The notes: generated from the sequence alone by a model not told the origin. 20,000 nt of DNA from an uncultured Methanosarcinales archaeon (GCA_964385185.1 CAYLOA010000002.1:61994-81993), one strand, 5' to 3'. Shown: positions 8,365 to 17,476, counted from the first letter of the stretch. Made by a program: numbers and translations.

Positions 8365-10122
8365 ATGGATAGACTGGAAGAACTTATTGTAGAAGAGTTT
8401 ACATCATTTGTAGGAGATGAATTGAGTAATCATGTAATCCCTGAAGCTATCATTGATGCATATCCTGAGTTGTTTGATTTCTATGCTCTCTCTCATCACC
8501 TGAATAACTATGACGCTGTATTTACTGCAATAGAAGATCGAAGAAAGGGTAGTGAGAAAAAACCTCAAGAAATTGAAACTTTGATCACTCAAATAAAAAT
8601 ATATGAATATGAATTTAAAGATAATGCGGCAAAACTAGGAAGTTCATCTATTCAAAAGCAAGATGCTGATAAACTTAGAAAACGTCAAAAGGAAATTGAA
8701 CAAGGTTTACCTTGTGCTAGAAAAGCTTTAAAGAATGCTAAATCTTATGGTGCTAGGAGTAAAGAATTACATGATGCATCATTACCTAAAATGCAAGAGG
8801 CTGCATACTATGGGAAAAATTGTATCTTAGCGGCAACGTATATTATGAATAGATCTCTTGAATTGGTTATTGAAGAGAGACTCAGCCCTTGGAATATTCA
8901 CTCAATTTCAAGTCCAGATAATTTAGATTCTGAAGAAGTTGTTTTTAATCCTGATGCTCATCAAAATTCCTATGTTAATCTGATCAGACCTCATCTTCCT
9001 CAGAAACAACCGGAGACCAAAGTTAAAACAAAACCTATTCATAGGGTTGATCCTATTACTACTCATCACACTAGGCAAGCAAATCCTAGGTTTTGGTATA
9101 TTCTTGGCGGGGCCAGGTTGGCTGCAATTGGTTTACTAGTATGTGCAACATTTATATCCCTTCATAATTATAAAGCTGGAAAAGAGTATGAGAAACAATA
9201 TAACTCTCGTGCAACTATGAATACAGATTCAACGGGTTCATCTTCTGGCAATAGTGGATCAGGAGGATCTACACTAGAAATTACTATTGCAAATCCGATA
9301 ATTCAAAAATCTTCTTCTTTCCTTACTTCTAGAAGGACACACTCATTGAAATTATCAGATGTGTATGAATTTGGAGAGATCACCAGAGAGGAAGTGAACC
9401 AAAGGACAGATTCTTTTTTTAAGATGCTACAGAACTTGCCATCCGTTGAGGTTGTAGGAGGAATCAATTCTGATAAATTTAATTCAGAAATGGAAAAGAC
9501 TAAACAATTATATGCTGGCCGATTTGACTTTGTTGAAAAATCTCTTAAAGAAAATGGTGAACCTGTTCGTTTTTATGCATTAAAAAGTAAATTTGATTCT
9601 CAATTCATTACATTGCCTCATGGGAGTGAATACCCTGATGGACCTCTGGCAAATTTTCTAATGACCACTCCAATCATGAAGTACCCTGTTCGACTCTACT
9701 TTGAAAATGGAGAAGCACGAATAAAGGAGTTTGAATCCATTCCCACAGGGAAATTATTATATCATATAGATATAGAGGCTGTAAATGAGAATCTTATCTT
9801 TGAATTGCAGTTTAGTAAATTAGGTCGTCAAGAATTAAGTGGGTATGATGAACTCATGATAAGTATGTGTAGAGATGGTGGGGAAATTCCCTTCAGAGTT
9901 GATTCTATTATTTCAAGAAACAGAATGGAAGAACCCTCAAGATTCCTGTTAGGTCCGGATTGGAAACCCTATTTTGATCAAAATAAGGTTTCTATAGAAA
10001 TTGAAGGATATACAAAGGCCTATAATGAACGATCTGGAAAGTATGATGGAGAGCAATTTGCAGTTCCCATTTTTAAACAAAATTTGAATCCTACAATGCA
10101 GCATTTATTCCGGCAGGAATAG
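8365..10122 (+). CDS. Hypothetical single-pass membrane protein, 585 aa
   Basis: Long ORF. Charged helical N-domain, one hydrophobic segment ('FWYILGGARLAAIGLLVCATFISL'), Ser/Gly linker 'STGSSSGNSGSGGST', globular C-domain. TATA-like CTTAAAAA at 8335-8342. Confidence 0.8.
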   Translation: MDRLEELIVEEFTSFVGDELSNHVIPEAIIDAYPELFDFYALSHHLNNYDAVFTAIEDRRKGSEKKPQEIETLITQIKIYEYEFKDNAAKLGSSSIQKQDADKLRKRQKEIEQGLPCARKALKNAKSYGARSKELHDASLPKMQEAAYYGKNCILAATYIMNRSLELVIEERLSPWNIHSISSPDNLDSEEVVFNPDAHQNSYVNLIRPHLPQKQPETKVKTKPIHRVDPITTHHTRQANPRFWYILGGARLAAIGLLVCATFISLHNYKAGKEYEKQYNSRATMNTDSTGSSSGNSGSGGSTLEITIANPIIQKSSSFLTSRRTHSLKLSDVYEFGEITREEVNQRTDSFFKMLQNLPSVEVVGGINSDKFNSEMEKTKQLYAGRFDFVEKSLKENGEPVRFYALKSKFDSQFITLPHGSEYPDGPLANFLMTTPIMKYPVRLYFENGEARIKEFESIPTGKLLYHIDIEAVNENLIFELQFSKLGRQELSGYDELMISMCRDGGEIPFRVDSIISRNRMEEPSRFLLGPDWKPYFDQNKVSIEIEGYTKAYNERSGKYDGEQFAVPIFKQNLNPTMQHLFRQE

Positions 10123-10143
10123 GTATGAATCCCTTTGTAATAA

Positions 10144-10159
10144 CCAAAACGTTTATAAA
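10144..10159 (+). promoter_or_regulatory. Putative BRE/TATA promoter of the exosome/proteasome operon
   Basis: CCAAAACG followed by TTTATAAA (10152-10159), about 98 nt before the pop5 ATG. Confidence 0.55.
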
Positions 10160-10257
10160 CAATTACTGGTTCTTTAAACACTTGAGAGAAAGAAGAAACG
10201 AGAATATAACACGTTTTTTTCTCCATATAGTAGCCTAAAAATGGCTTATGGGAACAA

Positions 10258-10608
10258 ATGAAGAAATTAAAGCCTTTATTACCAAGTTTGAAGGAAAAAA
10301 AGCGCTATTTAGCCTTTGAGGTCATCTCTAAACAGAAGATGCACTCATTTGATGATTTTAGCAGAGCTTTTTGGAATCGAGCACTCCAATTCGTTGGAGA
10401 GGCAGGAGCTGGTAAGGCTGGATTTTGGCTTCTCTCAGACACATACAAAAATAACAGAGGATTAATCAAAGTGAATCACAAATACACAGAAGAATTACGT
10501 GCAATTTTATGCACTATGGATACCATTAATAATCAAGATACTATTGTAAGAAGTCTTGGTATGTCTGGAATTGTAAATAAGGCAGCCAAGTACACAGAGG
10601 TGAACTAA
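10258..10608 (+). CDS. rnp2: RNase P protein component 2 (Pop5/Rpp14)
   Basis: 'LKPLLPSLKEKKRYLAFEVIS', 'GLIKVNH', 'VRSLGMSGIVNKA'; canonical position upstream of the proteasome alpha gene. Confidence 0.93.
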   Translation: MKKLKPLLPSLKEKKRYLAFEVISKQKMHSFDDFSRAFWNRALQFVGEAGAGKAGFWLLSDTYKNNRGLIKVNHKYTEELRAILCTMDTINNQDTIVRSLGMSGIVNKAAKYTEVN

Positions 10609-10611
10609 AAA

Positions 10612-11346
10612 ATGCAACAACCAATGCCACATCAAGTAATGGGATATGATAGAGCAATTACGATGTTTTCTCCGGATGGAAGATTACTTCAAGTAGAATA
10701 TGCTAAAAAAACTGTTAAGCAAGGATCAACCGCAATCGGAATCACTTGTACTGACGGTGTTCTCTTAGTAACTGACAAAAGAATTGTCGATAAATTAATT
10801 GTTAAGGAAGCTATTGAAAAGATTTTCCAGATAGATGATCATATTGGAGCAACTGCAGCAGGTATTTTATCTGATGCAAGAGTGCTTATTGAGCGTGCTC
10901 AATTAGCTGCTCAACAACACAGAGTGACTTTTGATGGTGAGATTGATGTCTTAAGTATTGTAAAAGATATCGCCTCACTCAAGCAAGTATGTACTCAATC
11001 AGGAGGTCTTCGACCTTTCGGTGTGAGTTTATTGGTTGCAGGTGTTGACAGTGAAGGACCTGCTCTTTTTGAGACAGATCCAACTGGAATTTATTTCAAA
11101 TATAAGGCAACTGCTATTGGTGAAGGAGAAGAACAAGTTGAAGAAATTCTTCACAAAGAATACAAAGATACGATGACAGTGCAAGAAGCACTCCATCTGA
11201 GTATCAAGGCATTAGTTACATTTTTGAACAAAGATTTCTCTGCAGATAGAATTGATGCAGCTGTGGTTACAGCTGATAAGAGAAAGTTCACAAAAATTAG
11301 CAAAGAAGAGATTGAAAAAGTATACAAGGAGATTAAGAAGAAATAG
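10612..11346 (+). CDS. psmA: Proteasome alpha subunit
   Basis: 'GYDRAITMFSPDGRLLQVEYA', 'RPFGVSLLVAG', 'LFETDPTG'. Confidence 0.98.
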   Translation: MQQPMPHQVMGYDRAITMFSPDGRLLQVEYAKKTVKQGSTAIGITCTDGVLLVTDKRIVDKLIVKEAIEKIFQIDDHIGATAAGILSDARVLIERAQLAAQQHRVTFDGEIDVLSIVKDIASLKQVCTQSGGLRPFGVSLLVAGVDSEGPALFETDPTGIYFKYKATAIGEGEEQVEEILHKEYKDTMTVQEALHLSIKALVTFLNKDFSADRIDAAVVTADKRKFTKISKEEIEKVYKEIKKK

Positions 11347-11355
11347 GTGAAAACT

Positions 11356-12087
11356 ATGAGTCAATTAAAAACAGAAGACAAAGCTATCGCTGTTCCTGGA
11401 GAGATTCTTGCAGAAGGCATGGATTTTTTACCAAGTTACGGTACATATAGAGAAGGAGATAACATTATCTCAACCAGATTAGGTCTGGTACAATTAGACA
11501 ACAAAGTGATAAAGATTATTCCTCTTTCAGGAAAATATCTTCCTAAGCGAGGAGACACTATTATCGGTCATGTAACTGAAATTTTAAGTGCAGGATGGAG
11601 AGTAGAGTTAAATTGTGCATGGATGTCACTATTAGGTATTGCAAATGGTACTACTGAATATATCAAGAAAGGAGAAGATCTTTCACAATTTTATGCAATT
11701 GGAGATTATATCCTAGCTCAGATTACCAACGTGACTAAGGAAAAGTTAATTGACCTTACCATGAAAGGACCTGGTCTGAAAAGATTAGGTGCAGGTAGAA
11801 TTATACCAGTTAATACTAACAAGGTTCCAAGAATTATTGGAAAAGGCGGAAGTATGGTCAGCATGATTAAGAATGCAACAGGTTGCAGAATTGTGGTTGG
11901 TCAAAACGGACGTATCTGGCTCCAAGGAGAACCAAAAGAAGAGTTAATTGCTGAGAAAACAATCAAAATGATTGAAGACAATGCTCACACATCAGGATTA
12001 ACTGAAAAAGTAAAAGCCCATCTTGAAAAAGAGACTGGGAAGAAAATAGAAGCGAGGGATAACAATGGCGTTCACCAAGAGGCCTGA
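11356..12087 (+). CDS. rrp4: Exosome RNA-binding protein Rrp4 (S1+KH)
   Basis: 'VPGEILAEG', 'IPLSGKYLPKRGDTIIG', KH motif 'VPRIIGKGGSM', 'VVGQNGRIW', 'AHTSGLT'. ATG 11356 follows an AGGTGA SD. Confidence 0.96.
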   Translation: MSQLKTEDKAIAVPGEILAEGMDFLPSYGTYREGDNIISTRLGLVQLDNKVIKIIPLSGKYLPKRGDTIIGHVTEILSAGWRVELNCAWMSLLGIANGTTEYIKKGEDLSQFYAIGDYILAQITNVTKEKLIDLTMKGPGLKRLGAGRIIPVNTNKVPRIIGKGGSMVSMIKNATGCRIVVGQNGRIWLQGEPKEELIAEKTIKMIEDNAHTSGLTEKVKAHLEKETGKKIEARDNNGVHQEA

Positions 12088-12763
12088 TGGCAGAAAGTTT
12101 GAGGACCTTAGAAAGATGGAAGCCAAAGTTGGCGTCATCAAACGAGCAGATGGGTCTGCTTGGTTCAAAATAGGAGATACAGAAGCGTATGCAGCTGTAT
12201 ATGGTCCTCGGGAATTGTACCCAAGATTTATGCAAAACCCACAAAAAGGAATTTTACGATGTCATTATAACATGATGCCATTTAGTGGATCTGGAGACAG
12301 AATCCGACCTGGAGGCAATCGTAGATCAAAAGAAATTAGTTTTGTGACTATGAATGCATTACTACCTGTTTTAGACTTATCAAAGTTTAGCAACGCAGTA
12401 GTTGATGTCTTTATCGAATTTCCACAAACAGATGCTGGAAGTAGATGTGCAGGTATTACTGCAGCTGCTATGGCATTAGCTGACGCAGGAATCCCTATGA
12501 AGGATTTAATTGCTGCTGTTGCTGTTGGAAGAGTAGATGATAAAGTTGTAGCGGATCTATGTTACGATGAGGAAGCATACGAAGATGGTCCGGTAGCGGA
12601 CATCCCTCTTGCTATGTTACCTGCTTCAGGTAAAATGAGCCTGTTGCAAATGGATGGCGAGATTGGGAAAGAACAATTAATGCAAGCATTGGAACTAGGA
12701 AAGAAAGTAATGAAAGAGATCCATGTATTGCAAACAAAAGCACTAAAGGAGAAATATAAGTGA
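12065..12763 (+). CDS. rrp41: Exosome phosphorolytic subunit Rrp41
   Basis: RNase PH fold: 'RPDGR', 'RADGSA', 'AAVYGPRE', 'RRSKEIS', 'DAGSRCAGITAA', 'LLQMDG'. Confidence 0.96.
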   Translation: MAFTKRPDGRKFEDLRKMEAKVGVIKRADGSAWFKIGDTEAYAAVYGPRELYPRFMQNPQKGILRCHYNMMPFSGSGDRIRPGGNRRSKEISFVTMNALLPVLDLSKFSNAVVDVFIEFPQTDAGSRCAGITAAAMALADAGIPMKDLIAAVAVGRVDDKVVADLCYDEEAYEDGPVADIPLAMLPASGKMSLLQMDGEIGKEQLMQALELGKKVMKEIHVLQTKALKEKYK

Positions 12764-13545
12764 TCAAAATGAGTAAAGCACTACGAACACACATCCTAAA
12801 CAGTCTTGACAAAGGAATGAGACTTGATGGAAGAAAAGCAGATGAAATTCGTGATATCAAAATTGAATTTGATGTTACTAAAAATGCAGAGGGATCTGCA
12901 AAGGTAACTTGGGGCGAGACAGAAGTTATCGCAGGAGTCAAGATGGGTCTTGAATCTCCGTACCCTGATTCACCTGAAGATGGAAATCTAATGGTAAATG
13001 CAGAGTTACTACCTTTATCTAATCCAGAGTTCGAAACAGGACCTCCAGGCATTCAAGCAATTGAGATGGCTCGAGTTATTGATCGGGGGATTAGAGAGAG
13101 TAAAAGTATCGATACTAAAAAACTATGTCTAAAAGCAGGAGAAAAAGTCTGGAGCGTTATGGTGGATATTTTACCTATTAACGATGCAGGAAATCTTCTG
13201 GATGTAGGAAGTGTTGCTGCTATTGCAGCTATCAAAAATGCAAAGTTCCCAGAAGTAAGTAAGGACTTTGAAGTCGATTATAAGACTAAATCTAAGACAG
13301 GAATTCCTATGAAACAGGAACCTATCGAAGTAACTGTCTACAAAATCGGTGAACATCTGATTGTTGATCCGACTATTGATGAGATGAAAGTCTATGATGC
13401 TCGATTAACAGTTGCCTATATTGCTAATGGTGATATTGTAGCTATGCAGAAAGCTGGCGAAGAAGCAATCACTATTGATGTTATTGGGAAAATGGTTGAA
13501 CTTGCACATACAACATCAGAGAAAATAAGAGCTAAACTTGGGTGA
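12760..13545 (+). CDS. rrp42: Exosome subunit Rrp42
   Basis: 'RLDGRK', 'AEGSAKV', 'PYPDSPEDG', 'FETGPP', 'IEMARVIDRGIRES', 'DAGNL'. Start is GTG 12760 or ATG 12769. Confidence 0.96.
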   Translation: MIKMSKALRTHILNSLDKGMRLDGRKADEIRDIKIEFDVTKNAEGSAKVTWGETEVIAGVKMGLESPYPDSPEDGNLMVNAELLPLSNPEFETGPPGIQAIEMARVIDRGIRESKSIDTKKLCLKAGEKVWSVMVDILPINDAGNLLDVGSVAAIAAIKNAKFPEVSKDFEVDYKTKSKTGIPMKQEPIEVTVYKIGEHLIVDPTIDEMKVYDARLTVAYIANGDIVAMQKAGEEAITIDVIGKMVELAHTTSEKIRAKLG

Positions 13546-13553
13546 AAAATCAT

Positions 13554-13781
13554 ATGGAAAAAATAACAAAGTATGAGGAAGCAAGATTGCTAGGAAGTAG
13601 GGCGTTACAACTCAGTATGGGTGCTCCGATTCTAGTAAAGTTATCAGAAGAGGATTTGATGAAGATTAAGTATAATCCTATTGAGATAGCTAAGTTAGAA
13701 TTAGCTGCAGATGTCATTCCTATGGCTGTCAAAAAGGCATTGCCTAAAAGACGTGTTGTGGAAGAACCAGAAGCTGCTTAA
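13554..13781 (+). CDS. rpoK: DNA-directed RNA polymerase subunit K (Rpo6)
   Basis: 'TKYEEARLLGSRALQLSMGAP' and 'PIEIAKLEL...IPMAV'. ATG 13554 follows a GGTGA SD. Confidence 0.95.
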   Translation: MEKITKYEEARLLGSRALQLSMGAPILVKLSEEDLMKIKYNPIEIAKLELAADVIPMAVKKALPKRRVVEEPEAA

Positions 13782-13838
13782 TTTCTTTTTTTATTGTTAA
13801 TTAAATATTATTCCTTATGTTCTATCTTAAAAAAGAAG
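13782..13838. terminator. Convergent oligo-T terminators between rpoK and the lipoprotein genes
   Basis: Plus strand TTTCTTTTTTT at 13782-13792, right after the rpoK stop; minus strand CTTCTTTTTT at 13829-13838, right after the stop at 13841. Confidence 0.55.
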
Positions 13839-13840
13839 TA

Positions 13841-14944
13841 TTATGGATTAAAACTTAATTCTTGACAACCTGCCCCAGGAAAGCAAAAACCATTATTACA
13901 GTCTTCTGATATAAGAACGCCGTCGGTACAGGTACTAGATTCAAAAGCACTAGTACATTTTATTTCCCCTTCACTACAAGAAGAAGAAATAGTACATTTA
14001 CCATTAGTACATGCACTTGAACAATCTTCTATACTATTAAATTGCCCTCCTGAACATTTTTTAACTGATAAACCATCACAAACTGTTTCCCCTTCTGTAC
14101 ATCCAAGTTGTTCTATACAAACTCCCCCTGAGCATCCGTTATCACATGTTGTATCAAAATTATCAACCACTACATCTTTATTACAATAATACTCCCTTAG
14201 TTCATTATCGTTTAAACAGAAATCTATTACCTTTGTTTCATGCATTTCAGGAATATTACTAGGTCCATACGTCTCTCCTAAAAGGAAAAAATCCTTGCCC
14301 CCATCACTATCTTGGCAAAGCAAAGTTGGTTCATTTGGAATTTCTGGAATATTTTTTTTGACAGCTTTATAATAATGCATCATCCATTGACCGCAAGGAC
14401 CTCTTTTACCAGAGCAACCACATTTAAAATCATTGCCAACATCTGGATATTTTTTACAAGAATATGCTAATATAAAATTATATTTGTCATCGGTGTTAAT
14501 ATGGGTAGGATTAATTACTAAATTTGATGACGATGTATCCCTAATAAATCCAGTACCTTCGATGGGATCTTCCAACATCCTATATTTTTTCCATAATTTT
14601 TCACTATGACTCCAATAATATCCTTCATGCCAAATAAATCCATTTTTTTGATTTACATTTACATTAATTACAAGTGGATCGTCAGGATTTTGTATTACAA
14701 TTGTCTCAAAATCTATACTAGTTTCCCCTAATCCAATAGTAAATATAGGTAAAAAATTATCTCGAGCATCAAACTCAAAAATACTATATGCTGGTGCATA
14801 ACCTTTTAATGCTGCACTTGTGGCCTGACCCAATGGTGCACTAGATCTTGCTTCACCAGGTGTTCCAGGAACATCTGGATATTCAGAGGATGTACAACCT
14901 ATAACGAATATAAAAATAATAAAAAATAAACTAAATTTTTTCAT
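13841..14944 (-). CDS. Predicted Cys-rich surface lipoprotein (CxDSDGG module plus Cys repeats)
   Basis: Signal peptide MKKFSLFFIIFIFVIG-C; 'SSAPLGQA'; 'CQDSDGG...DFC...LREYYC...CDNGCSGGVC'; two CxEGExxC repeats. Confidence 0.85.
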   Translation of the reverse strand: MKKFSLFFIIFIFVIGCTSSEYPDVPGTPGEARSSAPLGQATSAALKGYAPAYSIFEFDARDNFLPIFTIGLGETSIDFETIVIQNPDDPLVINVNVNQKNGFIWHEGYYWSHSEKLWKKYRMLEDPIEGTGFIRDTSSSNLVINPTHINTDDKYNFILAYSCKKYPDVGNDFKCGCSGKRGPCGQWMMHYYKAVKKNIPEIPNEPTLLCQDSDGGKDFFLLGETYGPSNIPEMHETKVIDFCLNDNELREYYCNKDVVVDNFDTTCDNGCSGGVCIEQLGCTEGETVCDGLSVKKCSGGQFNSIEDCSSACTNGKCTISSSCSEGEIKCTSAFESSTCTDGVLISEDCNNGFCFPGAGCQELSFNP

Positions 14945-14946
14945 TT

Positions 14947-16194
14947 TTAGGTTAGATCAGGTATTTCAAATACCAAATCATCAGGCACTGGTGTAGGAGT
15001 TCCTAAACAAACATTTGTACTCGTAAGGCACTTTATTCCACATTTGTTTGCTTCATACTCACCTTCGAGATTACATTTTAACAGAATGTTTGTAACCGGA
15101 TTATTATCGGCATCTTGCTCAGCACATACTTTGCTTCCAGGAACACACTCACTACATTTACTAGTATCGGATTCTAAACAAGTTCCTGCATTACACACTT
15201 CTGCAGTATTAAATTCTCCAGCGCTATTACAAACTTGTCTGTTATCACCATCACATTGTGTATCATCTGGCACACAAGAGTGACATGCTGCATCAGAATC
15301 TCCTTGCGCAAGGAAACATAAGGAATTTCCTGCCCCATTAAATCCACAAGTTTCAATTTCTTCATAAAATCCATTTTCATTTGCCTTTTGGAGTGCACTA
15401 TCAATTGCAATACATCTAAATGTCCCAGGTACTGCCTCTTTGCAAACTGCAGATTCATCAGATTCTGTAAAACAACCAAATTCGCATGCATTTCCATTGA
15501 CAAGTTTTAATCTATTAGATTGACAAACCTTTGCACTATCATCTTGGCAACGTGTAAAGGTTTCTTCGTTTGTTTCACAATAATCTTTTCCAAGAACATT
15601 AATAGTTGTGTAATACCAATTCCAATCTGTATATTGGCCGGTGTTAAGATCTAACTTGTTAAAAGCAGTAGCTAAAATATATTCTCCCGTTAAAACATCT
15701 ACTCTGCCACTACTGGTTAATATTCCCTGTGGGTCTACCCTAATTTCCCACACTTTTGGAATTTCAAATTCTGCATCTACATCAACGTGACTGCCACTAC
15801 TGGTTAATATTCCCTGTGGGTCTAAAAATGTAAATAAGGGATCAAATTGAAGTCCTAATTCTTCACCGAATAATTCTACTAAAGGAAAATCATTATCAAA
15901 AACGGTTCTAGTAAAACCTGATATATCACCATCAGTATGTAAGTATAAGAGTTTGAAAACCAATCCAACATCATCAACTTTTGCATTTACATTTAGAGTA
16001 CTTCCAGCATAAAATCCTTGATCATTAATGGGTTTATCTACTGGGGCTGTAATCAAATCAACTGTAACTCCTTGCTCAAAAATACTACCGGCAAAACCAA
16101 CAGGAGAACTAGGTAATGTGCTTACACCATCACTACATCCTATAATAAAGATTAAAGACAATATAAAAAGTATGTTTACGTTATATTTTTTCAT
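14947..16194 (-). CDS. Predicted Cys-rich surface lipoprotein
   Basis: Start reassigned to ATG 16194 (GGAGGA SD; signal MKKYNVNILFILSLIFIIG-C). 'LPSSPVGFA'; about four Cys-rich repeats (e.g. CVPDDTQC, CVPGSKVC). Confidence 0.85.
   Translation of the reverse strand: MKKYNVNILFILSLIFIIGCSDGVSTLPSSPVGFAGSIFEQGVTVDLITAPVDKPINDQGFYAGSTLNVNAKVDDVGLVFKLLYLHTDGDISGFTRTVFDNDFPLVELFGEELGLQFDPLFTFLDPQGILTSSGSHVDVDAEFEIPKVWEIRVDPQGILTSSGRVDVLTGEYILATAFNKLDLNTGQYTDWNWYYTTINVLGKDYCETNEETFTRCQDDSAKVCQSNRLKLVNGNACEFGCFTESDESAVCKEAVPGTFRCIAIDSALQKANENGFYEEIETCGFNGAGNSLCFLAQGDSDAACHSCVPDDTQCDGDNRQVCNSAGEFNTAEVCNAGTCLESDTSKCSECVPGSKVCAEQDADNNPVTNILLKCNLEGEYEANKCGIKCLTSTNVCLGTPTPVPDDLVFEIPDLT
15704..15824. repeat. 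Exact 34-nt direct repeat (15704-15737 and 15791-15824) encoding DPQGILTSSG twice
   Basis: CTGCCACTACTGGTTAATATTCCCTGTGGGTCTA occurs twice, 87 nt apart, in frame. Confidence 0.95.
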
Positions 16195-16254
16195 TTTGCT
16201 GATCCTCCAGAGCACCGATTTCAGTATTAGGTATAACTTATGGTGAATTAAGTG

Positions 16255-16272
16255 TATATAAAATTTTCTTTT
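16255..16272 (-). promoter_or_regulatory. Putative BRE/TATA promoter for the two minus-strand lipoprotein genes
   Basis: Minus strand reads AAAAGAAAAT-TTTATATA, about 60 nt upstream of ATG 16194. Confidence 0.55.
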
Positions 16273-16291
16273 CTGCATCACCACCATTTTT

Positions 16292-17329
16292 TTATTTATT
16301 ATTGGATGTGATATCTTGCGGGGCTCTTGAAAATAAAGGTTTTTCCTTCTTATGTCTCCATCTTAAAAGTTCTAAGATAATAACAATAAATACGATTACT
16401 CCTCCTATAATTAAAAAGGTGAATTGATTTGTCGCACATACATCTTTATTAAATAAATTTTCACTTATACCCACTTCAATAAACCCAGAAATGATTGTTA
16501 TAATTATAGCTATTATCATTAATATAATGGCATCCTTAAAAACTTTCCAAAAATTGGGACTTTTTATTCCTTCTTTAATAAATGCTTTTGCTAGTACTCC
16601 TCCACCTATAGCTGCTAATAAATAGGCAGTCATCTCAGGAATTGCGTGCAGCATCATAATAGAGATATTGCACCCTCCTGCTATGATTCCAGACCCTATC
16701 CCTAATGTTTTAGTTTTTAACTCTATAACTTGAGTTATCACAGACGCCCATACCGAGGCATTAAAAATAATTAAAAAAAAGGCACCTGCTCCATAAAATA
16801 ATGACAATACAAAGGCTACTATCATAACGTAGAGATTATTAAGAATAATTGAATACACTTTTCCCATGTGTAAGTTAAGAAACGGCTTCTTGGCTAAACT
16901 TCCTTTGGCTCCCAATATAGGTGGGGGCGGTAATTCTCCCAATTCATCTGAAAATGCAGAATTTTTATCTAGGGAAGGAGAAATCTCAATTCCTGCATTA
17001 TATAATAAAGAGGTATTAAACAATCCAATTATAAAGAATATTAAGAATACTCCTAAAAAGAAATATAAGAAAATATCAAATATAATTTCATGTTGCTTAA
17101 AAAAGCTTTGTTGAGCCTCTGTTTCAATATATTCTTCATCTTTTAAAAGAACATTGATACTTGGTAAGGCTAACATCACAGTAAAAAAGATAGTTGCTAA
17201 TCCTAAAACACTCCTAAATAATAATAAAGCAGTGATAAAACCAAAAACAGAAAATATCATTCCTAAATACAGAGAATAAATAGGTCTTTTCTCTATCCAG
17301 TATGGTTGAAATAATTTTTCTAAGACCAT
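16292..17329 (-). CDS. SpoIIM/DUF95-like integral membrane protein
   Basis: Multi-pass protein with 'IILNNLYV...LSLFYGAGAFFLIIFNASVW', 'LHAIPEMTAYLLAAIGG' and 'SGFIEVGIS', the motif set of the stage II sporulation protein M family. Confidence 0.8.
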   Translation of the reverse strand: MVLEKLFQPYWIEKRPIYSLYLGMIFSVFGFITALLLFRSVLGLATIFFTVMLALPSINVLLKDEEYIETEAQQSFFKQHEIIFDIFLYFFLGVFLIFFIIGLFNTSLLYNAGIEISPSLDKNSAFSDELGELPPPPILGAKGSLAKKPFLNLHMGKVYSIILNNLYVMIVAFVLSLFYGAGAFFLIIFNASVWASVITQVIELKTKTLGIGSGIIAGGCNISIMMLHAIPEMTAYLLAAIGGGVLAKAFIKEGIKSPNFWKVFKDAIILMIIAIIITIISGFIEVGISENLFNKDVCATNQFTFLIIGGVIVFIVIILELLRWRHKKEKPLFSRAPQDITSNNK

Positions 17330-17387
17330 TGTTGTGTATTTAGTTGAATTGTTTCATTCGTATCTAGAATATTTACTGGTTGTCAAG

Positions 17388-17454
17388 TATTTAAATTTTC
17401 CGGGAATGCATTGATTTAAAATAGGTGTAATTATATAATCATTAATTTTATATA
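17388..17454. promoter_or_regulatory. Divergent promoter region
   Basis: Minus strand GGAAAA-TTTAAATA (17388-17395) points to the SpoIIM-like gene; plus strand TTTATATA (17447-17454) lies 22 nt before ATG 17477. Confidence 0.55.
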
Positions 17455-17476
17455 CTTTGTTGCAAAAAAAATTCGT

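Noticed and set aside
7265..10122. Integrated element at tRNA-Lys
   Set aside because: No integrase, and I found no duplicate of the tRNA 3' end (att site) in the window.
16195..16287. 31-aa N-terminal extension of the 14947 ORF, implying tight coupling to the SpoIIM-like gene
   Set aside because: The extension would bury the signal peptide; the region contains a BRE/TATA and a GGAGGA SD pointing to ATG 16194.
16292..17329. Sporulation function
   Set aside because: SpoIIM is only the family name; the context is archaeal and no other sporulation genes are present.
17464..17471. A8 tract between TATA and ATG as a phase-variation switch
   Set aside because: Short homopolymers are frequent in this AT-rich sequence and the paralog lacks one; no support without read data.
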